A stretch of DNA of 60,687 nucleotides, counting the filler, from Catajapyx aquilonaris (lineage: Eukaryota): the NCBI GenBank assembly GCA_000934665.2. It is 2 parts of 2 records of this genome, joined end to end, with 100 filler letters (N's around TTAATTAATTAA, not from the genome) between each part and the next. Parts side by side here need not be neighbours in the genome. Positions count along the whole stretch, not along the records: positions 1 to 30,294 come from JYFJ02004661.1; positions 30,395 to 60,687 come from KZ539190.1. The stretch is one strand, 5' to 3'. Position numbers and translations under genes: made by a program. Position 1 is the stretch's first letter; each line of letters starts with the position of its first letter. Of the stretch, positions 22,636-33,324 are shown in pieces. A model generated the notes under the pieces. It saw only the letters and a program-made list of their open reading frames with translations. It had not been told where the DNA came from and ran no database searches.

Positions 22636-24923
22636 ATGTGGAAACTGATTTTGCTGCTGTCTACCGGTGCCTTTGGAGAGGTCGCTGTCCACCACGACAT
22701 TGACGATGAGTATCATCTTCTGGTTCGATTGGCCCAGGACATCCAGTATGACCCCGAGTATTCCAACTGCTCCCTGGTGGTGTCCAGGAGGGAGGGGAAC
22801 ACGAGCGTGTCTCTGGAGGACCTGATGCGAACCCAGGGCCATTCCTACAGGCCCTCGGTCCTCCTCAACACCCACCATCCCACGGGAATCTCCATCCAGC
22901 CCTGGGAAGAGTACCCGGGACTGACCAGGGAGGAAGAGCTCTACTCCTTCCGAACCATGCCCCCTGACCTCGTGTCCAGGTTCTGGCCAGGAGGAAGCTG
23001 CACCTTGAATCTCTTCGTGCTCGACTCCCCTGACCACCTCCCTCAACTGGTCCTTCACACAGCGGCCTTTGTCAGGGTGAGGAACCTCGACGACCCTTTC
23101 CTGATGCACTTCAAGAGCGGAGACCCCGAAGAAATGCTGAAGGAGGAACCTGCCTCAGGGATCAAGTTCAAGGTCGCAACCAGGTAAGGACTTGCTTATC
23201 CTGACTCTATACCATTGATGTTTCTTTTGGAAAAAATTTACGAATATTTCCCAAAATTTTTGTCCTCAGGTTCTCCCAAAAAGAAGGCTTGAAAATACAA
23301 ACCGTGTGTCACTCGTGCGGTGATGGGGGACAGCCTTCATCCATGCCCTTGGATGGGTACCCAAGAGGAAAGGATTTGTACCCAGACACGGCCAGGTCAT
23401 TCAATGGACGGGAAACCTGCCTCGTCGCATACGACGACGACAATGATCTTGCCTCCGCTCGTAAAGTTCTTCGTAAACATGGTCACAGCGTCTTGACTTT
23501 TCAAGACAATTCACTTCTGGCACTTGAAGATTATCTGGGCACTCGTGCCACCACACAAATGTCTGAGCCATACAAGAATAACTTGGACTTTCAACTTTCA
23601 AATGGGACATGGATAGGGGCCGCTCAAATCATTCTTTCTGGAAAGTGCCCGATAGGATTCGTATTCTTTCTGTCATCTGACATTATTCGCTACGTACACA
23701 TCACTCACAACGTTTTTACTTTCTATCTCTCGTTCGTAACCACCTTACCTGCGGTTATGCACACAAGATGGACAGTGTTCGTCGAACCTCTCAGCTGGCA
23801 AAGTTGGCTGGGACTGTTCGTGTCCATCTTCTTCTGCTCTCTTGTCCTCGCTTTTCTCCTGAAAAGAGGGTCCGGCCACAAGACCAGTATCATGTACCCG
23901 ATGGTCACACTATTCCGGATCATTTTGGAGCAGCCCAACGACCTGCCGGATTTCACAGGAGTGAGGACCTGCGTAGGGGCCGGTAGGGGCCTTCTGGATA
24001 TTGGCCGTGGTGCTGGCTTGTGGATACAGGAGCAAGATGGTGGAGATCATGGTTCTGCCAGAGACGGAGAAACTGCCCGACACACTGGATGAACTGTATC
24101 TGTCCGGATTCAAAGGGATCATGCCTTTCGCGAGCAAGATCGTCCTCGATAAGGTGATCTGTTCATTGATGAAGTAATTCATTGGAAATTAATACCAATA
24201 CGCTTATTTACTTTCCAGATCGCGGCGCAGACAAGTCATTTGAACCACGTGCACCTGTTCAACGGGTCGGAGACAATCGTTTCCCATCATTCTTGCATAG
24301 AGGAAGTTCAGGATACTCCAGGACGGGCATGCATCCTTTACCAATTCTTGCTGTGGAGAGTGATCGGAAACTTCTACACGCCAAGTGGAGAAATGAATAT
24401 CCGTGTGGTAGACACAGAGGAATACGGCGTATATCCTTCACTTGGAAGTTCACGTTCGTGCGTCTTCAACCAAGCTGTCAGTGCGTTTATTGACCGCCTG
24501 CTGCAGTCTGGACTACTCTCTTTCTGGTACGCCAATGAGCTGCATCACAGATTTACGTTTACTGTCAAGAGTAGAGGGTATTACGAGATGGAACAGGAAG
24601 GGGGTCCCGATATGTTGCACTTTGAAAATGTGCAGATAGTGTTCATATTTTGGGGAGGACTCTTGGGTTTTGCTTTCATCACCCTTCTTGCGGAAATTGC
24701 TTCAGCAGAAAGAGATACCCAACAGAAGACAAATCAAGCCGATAAGATGGTGGATATCTGCGCCTCCAGGAGAAGACAGCCTCGCTTCGTCGAGAAAAAT
24801 GATCTGGAATCGCATGAGACTGGCAGAGAGTATGGAAAGGTGGCATCTCGTCATGTTCAACCAACTCCTAAACAGTTGCCCATCGAGACCAAATCTGATA
24901 TGAGATGTACATATTTACCGTAG
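22636..24923 (+). pseudogene. Divergent ionotropic receptor, 3 coding exons, frameshifted just before M3
   Basis: Exons 22636-23183, 23270-24153, 24219-24923; signal MWKLILLLSTGAFG, YPD..RSFNGR, NGTWIG, EPLSWQSW, LLQSGL. M3 (FWILAVVLACGYRSKM) lies in the +1 frame after GTAGGGGCC-G-GTAGGGGCC at 23973-23991. Confidence 0.85.
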
Positions 24924-25020
24924 AATATTGCTGATATAGTATTGCTACAACCAAATCACTATGCGCATGACAAGGTATGACCCAGAAAATTTAGCAGCAC
25001 GCCTAAATAATAATGACTAT

Positions 25021-25317
25021 AATAATAATAATAATAATTCATACCCCGTTATCAGCCTTTTTCGGCTCTTTACGGGGGAAGTTTGTTTTGCCTGGAACTC
25101 TTTGCTTTCCATTTTACTGTGCTCTTCGGGATAGGATAGGGACGGAAGGAAGCGGCTGTGGCCTATTAATTACGGAAGCAACTCCGGAATTTTCCTGGAA
25201 GGACCGTGGGAAACCACAGAAGATAACCTCGGTCAGAGTTGCCGGCCCCGGGATTTGATCCCAGGACCTCCCGATTAGCAGTCGGACACCATATCCCCTC
25301 CTCCAAACTGCTTCGGT
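25021..25317 (-). mobile_element. tRNA-derived SINE with Lm1/Talua-like central domain
   Basis: Minus-strand tRNA-like head with B-box-like GGATCAAATCCC, core GTGGTTTCCC..CCTTCCAGGAAAAT..AGGCCAC.GCCGCTTCCTTCC, (ATT)n tail, and 11-bp TSD ATAATGACTAT at 25010-25020 and 25318-25328. Confidence 0.85.
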
Positions 25318-25445
25318 ATAATGACTATTATCCAAGCCAAGAAGAATCCTATCGGGATTAACTACTATTGATCCAGGGGTGCCCTTTATTGATGGGTCAG
25401 AAAACTAACATTACAGTTATCATGATGCAGAGATGGGCACATATA

Positions 25446-26007
25446 CAGGGTGTTTACTGTAACTCTGCAAAGACTTTCAGGGGTAATAGAGGGGACCAAG
25501 ACAAGTATTTTTGACATAGGAACCCGTGTCCGGAAACGCCATCTAGAGGGGGTTCATAGACAAGGAACGGGTGCGCTCAGACGCGTCAGGCGAGAGGCGC
25601 TAGGCGAGCGGACTGTTTTGTTGATAGATGGCGCGCAGTTGTTGCCAGGTTATGGCGTATCGCGTCGTTGTAAGCAAACAACAACGCGATACTCCATATC
25701 CTGGCAACGAAAGACCAGCTGTTGACTATCCGCGCATCTCCTAGGAGGCGAACTTTCGTTGCTAGATGGCTCTGCTGTTGCCAGGTTATGGCACATCGCA
25801 TCGTTGGCTACTATCCGAGCGCCATCTATCAACAAAACAGTCCGCTCGCCTAGCGCCTCTCGCCTGACGCGTCTGAGCGCACCCGTTCCTTGTCTATGAA
25901 CCCCCTCTAGATGGCGTTTCCCGACACGGGTTCCTATGTCAAAAATACTTGTCTTGGTCCCCTCTATTACCCCTGAAGGTCTTTGCAGAGTTACAATAAA
26001 CACCCTG
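25446..26007. mobile_element. Tc1/mariner-superfamily foldback MITE with ~190-bp TIRs, nested in the hAT element
   Basis: TA|CAGGGTGTTTA... and ...TAAACACCCTG|TA; arms near-perfectly complementary. Confidence 0.92.
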
Positions 26008-26127
26008 TATACTCTAAAATGTATATTATATACAATATACATATACACGGCAAAACGTGTATATTATAATTATACAATATACAATATGTCGAAATTGTGC
26101 ATCCTTCCATTCCGTATGATATATGCT

Positions 26128-26258
26128 GTGATGGTGTGCAGGGCTTGACGTAGAAATTTAAAAATGTAGTGATACATATACATTTCGGCTATTAAATTTA
26201 ATAGCCAAATTGTATCACTAATTTTAAGATTTCTACTTCAAGCCCTGCACACCATCAC
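26128..26258. repeat. ~130-bp palindrome / small MITE
   Basis: GTGATGGTGTGCAGGGCTTGA.GTAGAAAT ... ATTTCTAC.TCAAGCCCTGCACACCATCAC centred on GGCTATTAAATTTAATAGCC. Confidence 0.85.
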
Positions 26259-28074
26259 ATTGGTTTTCAGCAATGAGTAGAAGCAATCAACCTCACTTCA
26301 TGAGAAGTGAAAAATTGAGAAGTTATTTTTATTTTCCATTACTGTCTTGTCAAAATGCATTTAGGTCCTTTTAATTTTAGTCAACTAAATCGTTGCATTA
26401 CATTGAATTGTTCATTTTCACAGACCAACTAATTTTACATTTACTTCATAAATAGGAATGTGTGATTTTAAAGTACCTATTCTAATAGATCTATAGATCA
26501 ATTATATCTATAATGTTACTTTTATATTTCTAAAATTCCCGTCATGTCTGGGTTTTAAAAATGTAACACGAAGTACACAGCAAATGCAAATGCACTGCGT
26601 AATTGGGTTTTTGGTATAGGGTCCAAGAACAAATCTTTGAGAGTTTTCGTCACGACGTCACCCCCTCAAAAATACCACGGTGGGATAGCAAAGAAAATAA
26701 TATTTAAAGCGATTTTTCTCTTTGCATCTCCCATTGAATATACTGTATAATTATCAACTCTGGATATATTCAAATTACTTTTCGCAAATATGAAAAACAT
26801 GCTGATTAGACTCACAAGTGCGTCACAAAACTGCTGATGCGTTTCCCCTTCTGATTTCTGGTTTCAATTTCCCTCGTAGTTCCCAGGGAAAAACCCTCTT
26901 ATAAAGCATTGCTCAAAGACAAAGGTGCCAAAAGCTAAAACTTATAAATGAGCAAATAATTTGAATGGAATGGGCCAAAAAATATTGACATGACAATTTT
27001 AAAACCTCGAATGCATCGGCATTATTCTTAAAATCGGGCAGTCTGCCACTCACACAATGCATGCTACAGAATATTTAAATGTGACGTCTTTCTCGCATAA
27101 TCTGATGATATTGGCTGTCTCTCTCACCGTTTGTACGTACCCCCATCATCATCACCAGGGACACTTGCGCCTTCCTCTGACATTCCTATCCGGTGCAGCA
27201 CTATGAATTCTCACTTCACAACTCGCCCCAGACCCAACAATGCATGTATGCTGGAGACTACTTGGGCCCCAACTGGACATCCGCAAAGCAGGGGCCCTTC
27301 GTTTCCTTTTATATCAGAAAACCCAGAGCAAAAGCAGCAGGGCACCTAGCTTGCTGCGAGGGTTCAGGCGACCTCATGAGGTCAAAGTTCTTGACTTCCT
27401 GTCTATAAATGGTCACAATAGGGGGTAGCAAACTGTACAGCAAGGTCTGGTTTTCTTGCTGGATTGGAACAGAGTGTCGCGCTTTCGTTGGAAGAGGGAA
27501 AGGTCCAGATGTGACAATTAGCCTTCAAAGCACCCCCGCAGAGCAGTACCCCTGCCACAGATATGTCCCACGTGGGTTTAATAAAAGTGGTCTCCTATTG
27601 CCTTTTGGCCTCTTGTATCTGCTGCTGTTTAGCAACTTTTCTGTCATTTCTTGGGACCATAAAATTCAAAATTTTGGAAAATGTAAAGTATTATGTATAT
27701 TTTATGCAATTAATATACAATATACAGGCCAAAAATGTATATTATATACAAATAGGGCCTACAACACACTACAGGAAAAGTGTATATATATATATATACA
27801 ATATACAAATGTAGGCCCTACATGTATATTTGTATATTAATATACTTGTATATAATATACTGCCCATCTCTGTCATGATGACCCACCCCATAATGTTCTA
27901 GATAAAAAAGCATATTATATTCACAGAGAATAATAGCTGTATGACTCAAGCTTGGCGAGGCACTTTGTAATGCCTATAGAAGTAACGAACTTCACTGCAC
28001 GTAATTACGCATTGTACTTGTAACTGTGCAATGTTAATTCCCAAGTGAAACTTCGTCCGTCACAGCTGGCACCA

Positions 28075-28574
28075 GCCACCGACATAATTATTCTTTTCAA
28101 GCACCTATAGCTGTTTATATGTGGACCCTTACTTCATCAAACCATTTGCGTACTATGTTCTCTTCTGACACATTTTCTCGAGCAAATCTGTTTTTGTCGT
28201 TTTTGATGTCGTCGTCGTCGTCGTCGTTGTTGTTGTTGTTGCTTGAATGGAGGGAAACGGAGTGGCGCCGCGGTAACGTGTGCGCCCACGGATGTTAAGG
28301 TCCCTGGTTCGATCCCAGCCCGGGGACACCCCCTTCATCTCGCGCAGAGTTCTGGGGTCGTCTCTGGCTTCGTCTCGGGTGGTATTTCCACAGACTCAAC
28401 CACCCGGGGAAGTTCACAAAATGACCAAGCACCGTTACCGCACTGCACTTGCACATCCCCTCCTGTCATCCTGCCCGTGGGCCCGGGCGCTTCGAATATG
28501 GTTCCACAAAATGTACTGTTCGATTGAGAAATAAAGGTCCCTGCTGATGCCCTTTGGGTGAGCACTAACCCATC

Positions 28575-28662
<88 letters not shown>

Positions 28663-29570
28663 TGTTGTTTAAATGGCTAGTTAAATTTTAAAATGTACAG
28701 GAAATAAATGCTCCCGCAATGATACGTGTATTAAACATATTTTTAAGGCTACGTGTCCTGGATATACAGTATTCGCGGTTGAGATCCATAATTTTGATTG
28801 CCCAAGATGGAAAGGAATCATTACAGCCCACGTATAGCACAAACCTCTGTGAGTTGGAATATGAATATTTCACTCCATTATTCTGGTGTAAGAGTAGGAA
28901 CCTACTAATTATTTTATTATCGTTCGAGGGCTATAGAGTTTCTCAAGAAATGATTGCCTGGCTTATGCCAATGGTTGAAACAGCGTTTGTGTTGCATTGA
29001 ATTACACACGTTGCTAAATCATAAACGAGCATTGGAACACTGTCCTAGTTTCAGGTTTCCTTCTGGAGCATTTAACTCTTGTTCTATATCGCAATACGCC
29101 TGAACTATATGGCGCATTGTTGGAGTATATGTGGCGAAGTGGTCCGATAAGTGGGCTTAACCTATTTCATGGTATCAAAATATTTGTAGCAATTATACCG
29201 GTATTACAAATTCAAATGTGAGCAATAAAATAAAGACAAATGACTGTCCCATACTGTCTTGTTCTGGAGCAACGTAACGAAAAACAAGTTCGCATGGCAC
29301 ATGGCAGGAAAGGATGACTGTACGTAATTTTTATAAATTCATAACATGCATCTTGAGTAATTATTTGCTTCCGTTCATAACAGTATTTCCGCGTGATGTA
29401 GCTGAATGACCGAGTGCCAAAGTATTAATGTTGGCTGCTTACAAGATGACACAAACCTTCTGCGTAAAAGATGGATTTCTCCTGGCCTTACAGTCGATCC
29501 CTTGACTTCGTTTTGTGAAAAGAATCTTTCAGCTTTATTGGTATTACGTATACAAAGTTTTATATGGCAA
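28075..29570. repeat. Right copy of the direct segmental duplication
   Basis: Matches 20870-22248; interrupted by a SINE and terminated by a Helitron end. Confidence 0.9.
28241..28661 (+). mobile_element. tRNA-derived SINE with long (ATT)n tail
   Basis: A-box-like TGGCGCCGCGGT, B-box GGTTCGATCCC (28306-16), ~85-nt (ATT)n tail; absent from the left duplicate; flanked by TTGTTGTT. Confidence 0.88.
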
Positions 29571-29600
29571 CTAGCAGCGGTACCCGTTCTTCGCATGGGG
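29571..29600 (-). mobile_element. Helitron-like 3' terminus (extent to the right undetermined)
   Basis: Minus strand CCCATGCGAAGAACGGG hairpin then TACCGCTGCTAG|T; the empty site in the left duplicate (minus CCCATA|TTGCC) shows insertion between A and T. Confidence 0.7.
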
Positions 29601-30294
29601 AAAAAAGAGCGTGGATAATTACACAGAAATCTTCTTAGATCTCAAGCAATATTAAATGCAAAACTGCTCATTCCCTTGCATATGTAGGCACTGGAAGGGT
29701 GTAAAAATTCTGGTTTGTTTGCGTAATAAAGAGCCACGCAACTATGGCTATGTGGTTATCAGAAGGCAAAAAGGTGGGACAGATGGAGAGAGAAACAAAG
29801 AGGAAAAAGAAGAGAGGACAGACTGGTATCTCTCTTAGCCTGTCTCCTATCCCAAAGACCTGTCCAACTTGGGCGGCCCTACCAGTAGACGAAACTACCA
29901 CCGGCATAGCTCTTCAGGATCATGGGAAAACGAAAGCCCACTACCACGGCAAGGTGGAGATACTTTGGGGGGAGAGGACATAAAAAAAATTTGATAAAAA
30001 AATTGGGGGAAGTGCAAAATTTGAAACTATTTATAGGCCTGTTTCTATGGTAATCACCAACAAAATTCTGTTGCCACAGGCAAACAAATGTTATTTTTTT
30101 TGCCTTACAACATACGTAGATTATCAAAATATGTTATTTATTTATTTATTTATAGCATCAAACCCGTGTGTAGTGTCTGGTACACATGTTGAACTTGGTG
30201 TCAGTCAACGTACACATAAGTGATCGAAAGCGGAGGGAAAATTGGACAGTGTTATGCAATAATGGGTCAACCCACAAAAATGTCAAAATTGAGC

Positions 30295-30394
30295 NNNNNN
30301 NNNNNNNNNNNNNNNNNNNNNNNNNNNNNNNNNNNNNNTTAATTAATTAANNNNNNNNNNNNNNNNNNNNNNNNNNNNNNNNNNNNNNNNNNNN
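30295..30394. other. Assembly gap with artificial six-frame-stop linker
   Basis: 44 N + TTAATTAATTAA + 44 N = exactly 100 nt. Confidence 0.95.
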
Positions 30395-31824
30395 CGGTTA
30401 GAATGAAATCGGAAGTGATTACTGAGGTGATCTGAGGTGATACACTTGGTGCTGCCACCTGCCTGCCCCCCTCTGCCCCCCCCGGCCCACTCCCGAGGGG
30501 CCTGGCCACAGGATATGTATTTTAAAAAGGTGCAATTCATTGATGCAATGGGTGGCAGGATATCAATGTAAATGGAGCAACCATTGGTGTGCTAACTGTA
30601 ATTGTTGAGTTAGGGCATCTCCATGGAAGCATGAAAAGTGGAATATTGTTGAGAGGAGCAATGAGAGAGGAGTTGTGCATGTTATGTGAGTTAGGCTCAT
30701 TTTGGAAGCTGAAATATGCCGCATTTAATCCCTTGTAAAAAGTAGCCCTGGTGTGCTAGTTTCAGACAGTGTATGTGCATTCTCCTGGATTTCTATGATA
30801 CACAAACTCACTAACTTCCTAAAATATAGACAGTGTACGTATAAGAGTTTGGGAAGTTTGTTTCTGGGTAATTCCCAAAGAGCTTAAAGAACAAAGTCAT
30901 GATCCAAAAATTACGTTGTGTATCGTGGGGTGGTAGATGGCTTATTGGAAGCACATCGATATGTCATTTGTCAGATGAATTAGGTGTAATAACTTTCTGT
31001 TACCATATAGCAGCAGAGCCATAATGAATAGTCAAGATATTTGTGTGGAACCTTGCGTCAGGTACTAGAGTTTGTTGCATCAGTTATGTTAATACTGATT
31101 TCTCTTTAAAACATAAACATCAGCATGCGTGGTCTAAAATAATCAAAAAATTGCTGCTTGAGAATAGATAAGATGAGAGCAAAAACATTACCTTGAGTGA
31201 AAAAAAGAGTAGTAAGACCTCCATGGCGGAATGAAGATTAGATATCAGTTGTAACAATACTTCTAAACACATTCAGCTCTCAAGCTCACAGGCTCTTAAT
31301 AGGCGGTAAAAATCAAGCAGGCCCTAATTTAGTTTCATTTGTACAGGCAATTTTAGGTTCTATAAAACTGCAATTTTTGAGGTCCTTGCAGGGTCCTTGT
31401 GTTATGAAACAGATAGATAATTTGGTTCCGGTGTTCTGCCTAAAGAATAAAAAGTAGGTAAAAACCTAGAAATCCATTCTCTATTTATTATTTTCAGTTA
31501 CTAATCAATGGCCCATACGACCAGTTTTAAGCATGAAGCATATTTAATTAATTATTGCGTATGCCTACCTCTACCACCTTAACACTAAGGGGCCAGGTTA
31601 CTTGCTAGTATGTAGATTTCTTGTCCTGACAGGAACAAAAGATAGTTACAGAGGAGCTGAGTAGGTTCTAAAGAGCAGCAGCAACCTGCTCATTTAAAGA
31701 AAGATTGCATATGATCACTTAAAATAAATACTGCACTGCTCCATTTGTATTGTGGCAGTAACTATAATTATTACAATATTCACTTCCATTTTCCTCAGGT
31801 TACTAGTCACCATTTAAATCAGCA

Positions 31825-33324
31825 TTATTGGGAATATATAAAAGAATCATTGATAGACAAGTGCATATCGTATTGCTGAAGCTGATTGGACAATTCACTA
31901 TGGAATTCAGGTGAAAGCACCAGCTCAGTACTAAGCAAGTCAACCTTTTCCAAATACTCTCCGCATGAATCCAAAATGATTTGAATCACTTCCCTTTTCA
32001 TGCTCGTGTCACACACATAGAGAGTATGCAATTCCTTCAGGTCGGCATTACGGAGAAGTTCGTAAACACAGGATTCGACAGATGTGTTATACACTTTAAG
32101 ACTCTTCAGTTTGCTACAGAAGGGAATGATATACCTCACTTGTTGTACTGACACGTTTGTCATTTCCAAATGTTCCAGTTGTTGGGATCCAACATGTGTC
32201 ATTTTACATGGAAGAGAATGTGCAATGTATTCACCGCCCAATAGCTCAAGGCACTTTAGATTGGGAAAAATCTCCCTGATTCCTGCAACATTGACACCAG
32301 TGCACCTACAAATGGTCAGACACTCAAGTTTTGGGTATGACACATTCATGTTTTGTCTGAAGAGAGAATCAAGGCCAGTAATATCGTTCAAGTTTAACTG
32401 TTGGAGACTAAACATGCACTTGTCCATCAGGAAAAGAAGGTCTGAAGATGTCCCGTTACGTAGTGTCAAGTTCTTCAGATTCGCTAATTCATTAATCATA
32501 TTTACATGAGCATTGCCACGCATGCACAGGGTCAGCTTCTCAAGGTATGGAAAATGGTTTACAAGCTTTTGCACAGAACTTGAATCACGCACGTTCAGTG
32601 TATCTACAAAGTCCTTCAACTTATAAGCACCTTTGCACAGTGGCAGAACTTTCAGGAAACAGTCACTCCTTATCTGCAGCACCTCCAAATTGGGAAGATG
32701 GTCAAGAAGGTGTATTGCTACCTCAGGCTTCATGAAAAGAACAAAAATTTTCTTCAGGTGCGTGCATTTTGAGAGAAGCATTAATGTGGATGTGGTGGCA
32801 CAAGAATCACCCACTTGAAAGGCATCATAAAATACAAGCAAAATTTCTTCCAAGAGCTGACAGTTCTCAAGAACCTGCTGCAAGAGCAGTGGTTGGTTCC
32901 CTAACGAAACCTTAATTGAGCGCAAGTTGGTCAGTTTGGGGAACTGAAAACCTTGCCATTCCTTGGTTTGGGGTAGCCATAAATTAACTGTAGGTTCAAT
33001 ATTGATCAGATCACTCATGACATGAAGACCACGTAAGATCTGGTGAGGCCACCTAGTAAAAAATGCATGAGAACCCTTTTCACTAATTATGGTGCATTTG
33101 GGATGAAAAGCACTGGTAAAGTCAAAGCGATCCCTCCTCTTTGAACAAATCCTAAGGACCTCACCGACGTACTCATTTGCAAATGTATTTGGGATGTCCC
33201 GCACATATCCCCGAATATCTTCTTGTCGTCTGCCACCACTCTCTCCGCATGAATCCACTACGAGCTTGGCCACGACACGCAGGCTTGAGGCACGGAGAGT
33301 GGGAGGCTGTTTTCTCCTTGGCAT
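31825..33324 (-). CDS. Intronless RNI-like leucine-rich repeat protein with N-terminal BC-box-like motif, copy 1
   Basis: ATG 33324, MPRRKQPPTLRASSLRVVAKLV; repeated LxxLxxLxL units (PNLEVLQI, PYLEKLTL, PNLKCLEL); no signal peptide or TM. Confidence 0.85.
   Translation of the reverse strand: MPRRKQPPTLRASSLRVVAKLVVDSCGESGGRRQEDIRGYVRDIPNTFANEYVGEVLRICSKRRDRFDFTSAFHPKCTIISEKGSHAFFTRWPHQILRGLHVMSDLINIEPTVNLWLPQTKEWQGFQFPKLTNLRSIKVSLGNQPLLLQQVLENCQLLEEILLVFYDAFQVGDSCATTSTLMLLSKCTHLKKIFVLFMKPEVAIHLLDHLPNLEVLQIRSDCFLKVLPLCKGAYKLKDFVDTLNVRDSSSVQKLVNHFPYLEKLTLCMRGNAHVNMINELANLKNLTLRNGTSSDLLFLMDKCMFSLQQLNLNDITGLDSLFRQNMNVSYPKLECLTICRCTGVNVAGIREIFPNLKCLELLGGEYIAHSLPCKMTHVGSQQLEHLEMTNVSVQQVRYIIPFCSKLKSLKVYNTSVESCVYELLRNADLKELHTLYVCDTSMKREVIQIILDSCGEYLEKVDLLSTELVLSPEFHSELSNQLQQYDMHLSINDSFIYSQ

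Larger units (their letters stand above)
25428..27872. mobile_element. Non-autonomous hAT-type DNA transposon (~2.4 kb including nested insertions)
   Basis: 12-bp TIR CAGAGATGGGCA / TGCCCATCTCTG, perfect 8-bp TSD TCATGATG (25420-27, 27873-80), AT-rich TATACAATATAC subterminal repeats at both ends. Confidence 0.88.

Noticed and set aside
25450..26048. Mirror ORFs on both strands sharing a peptide
   Set aside because: Artefact of the MITE inverted repeats.
28250..28330. tRNA gene
   Set aside because: A/B boxes are present but there is no proper cloverleaf, and a SINE body and (ATT)n tail follow.
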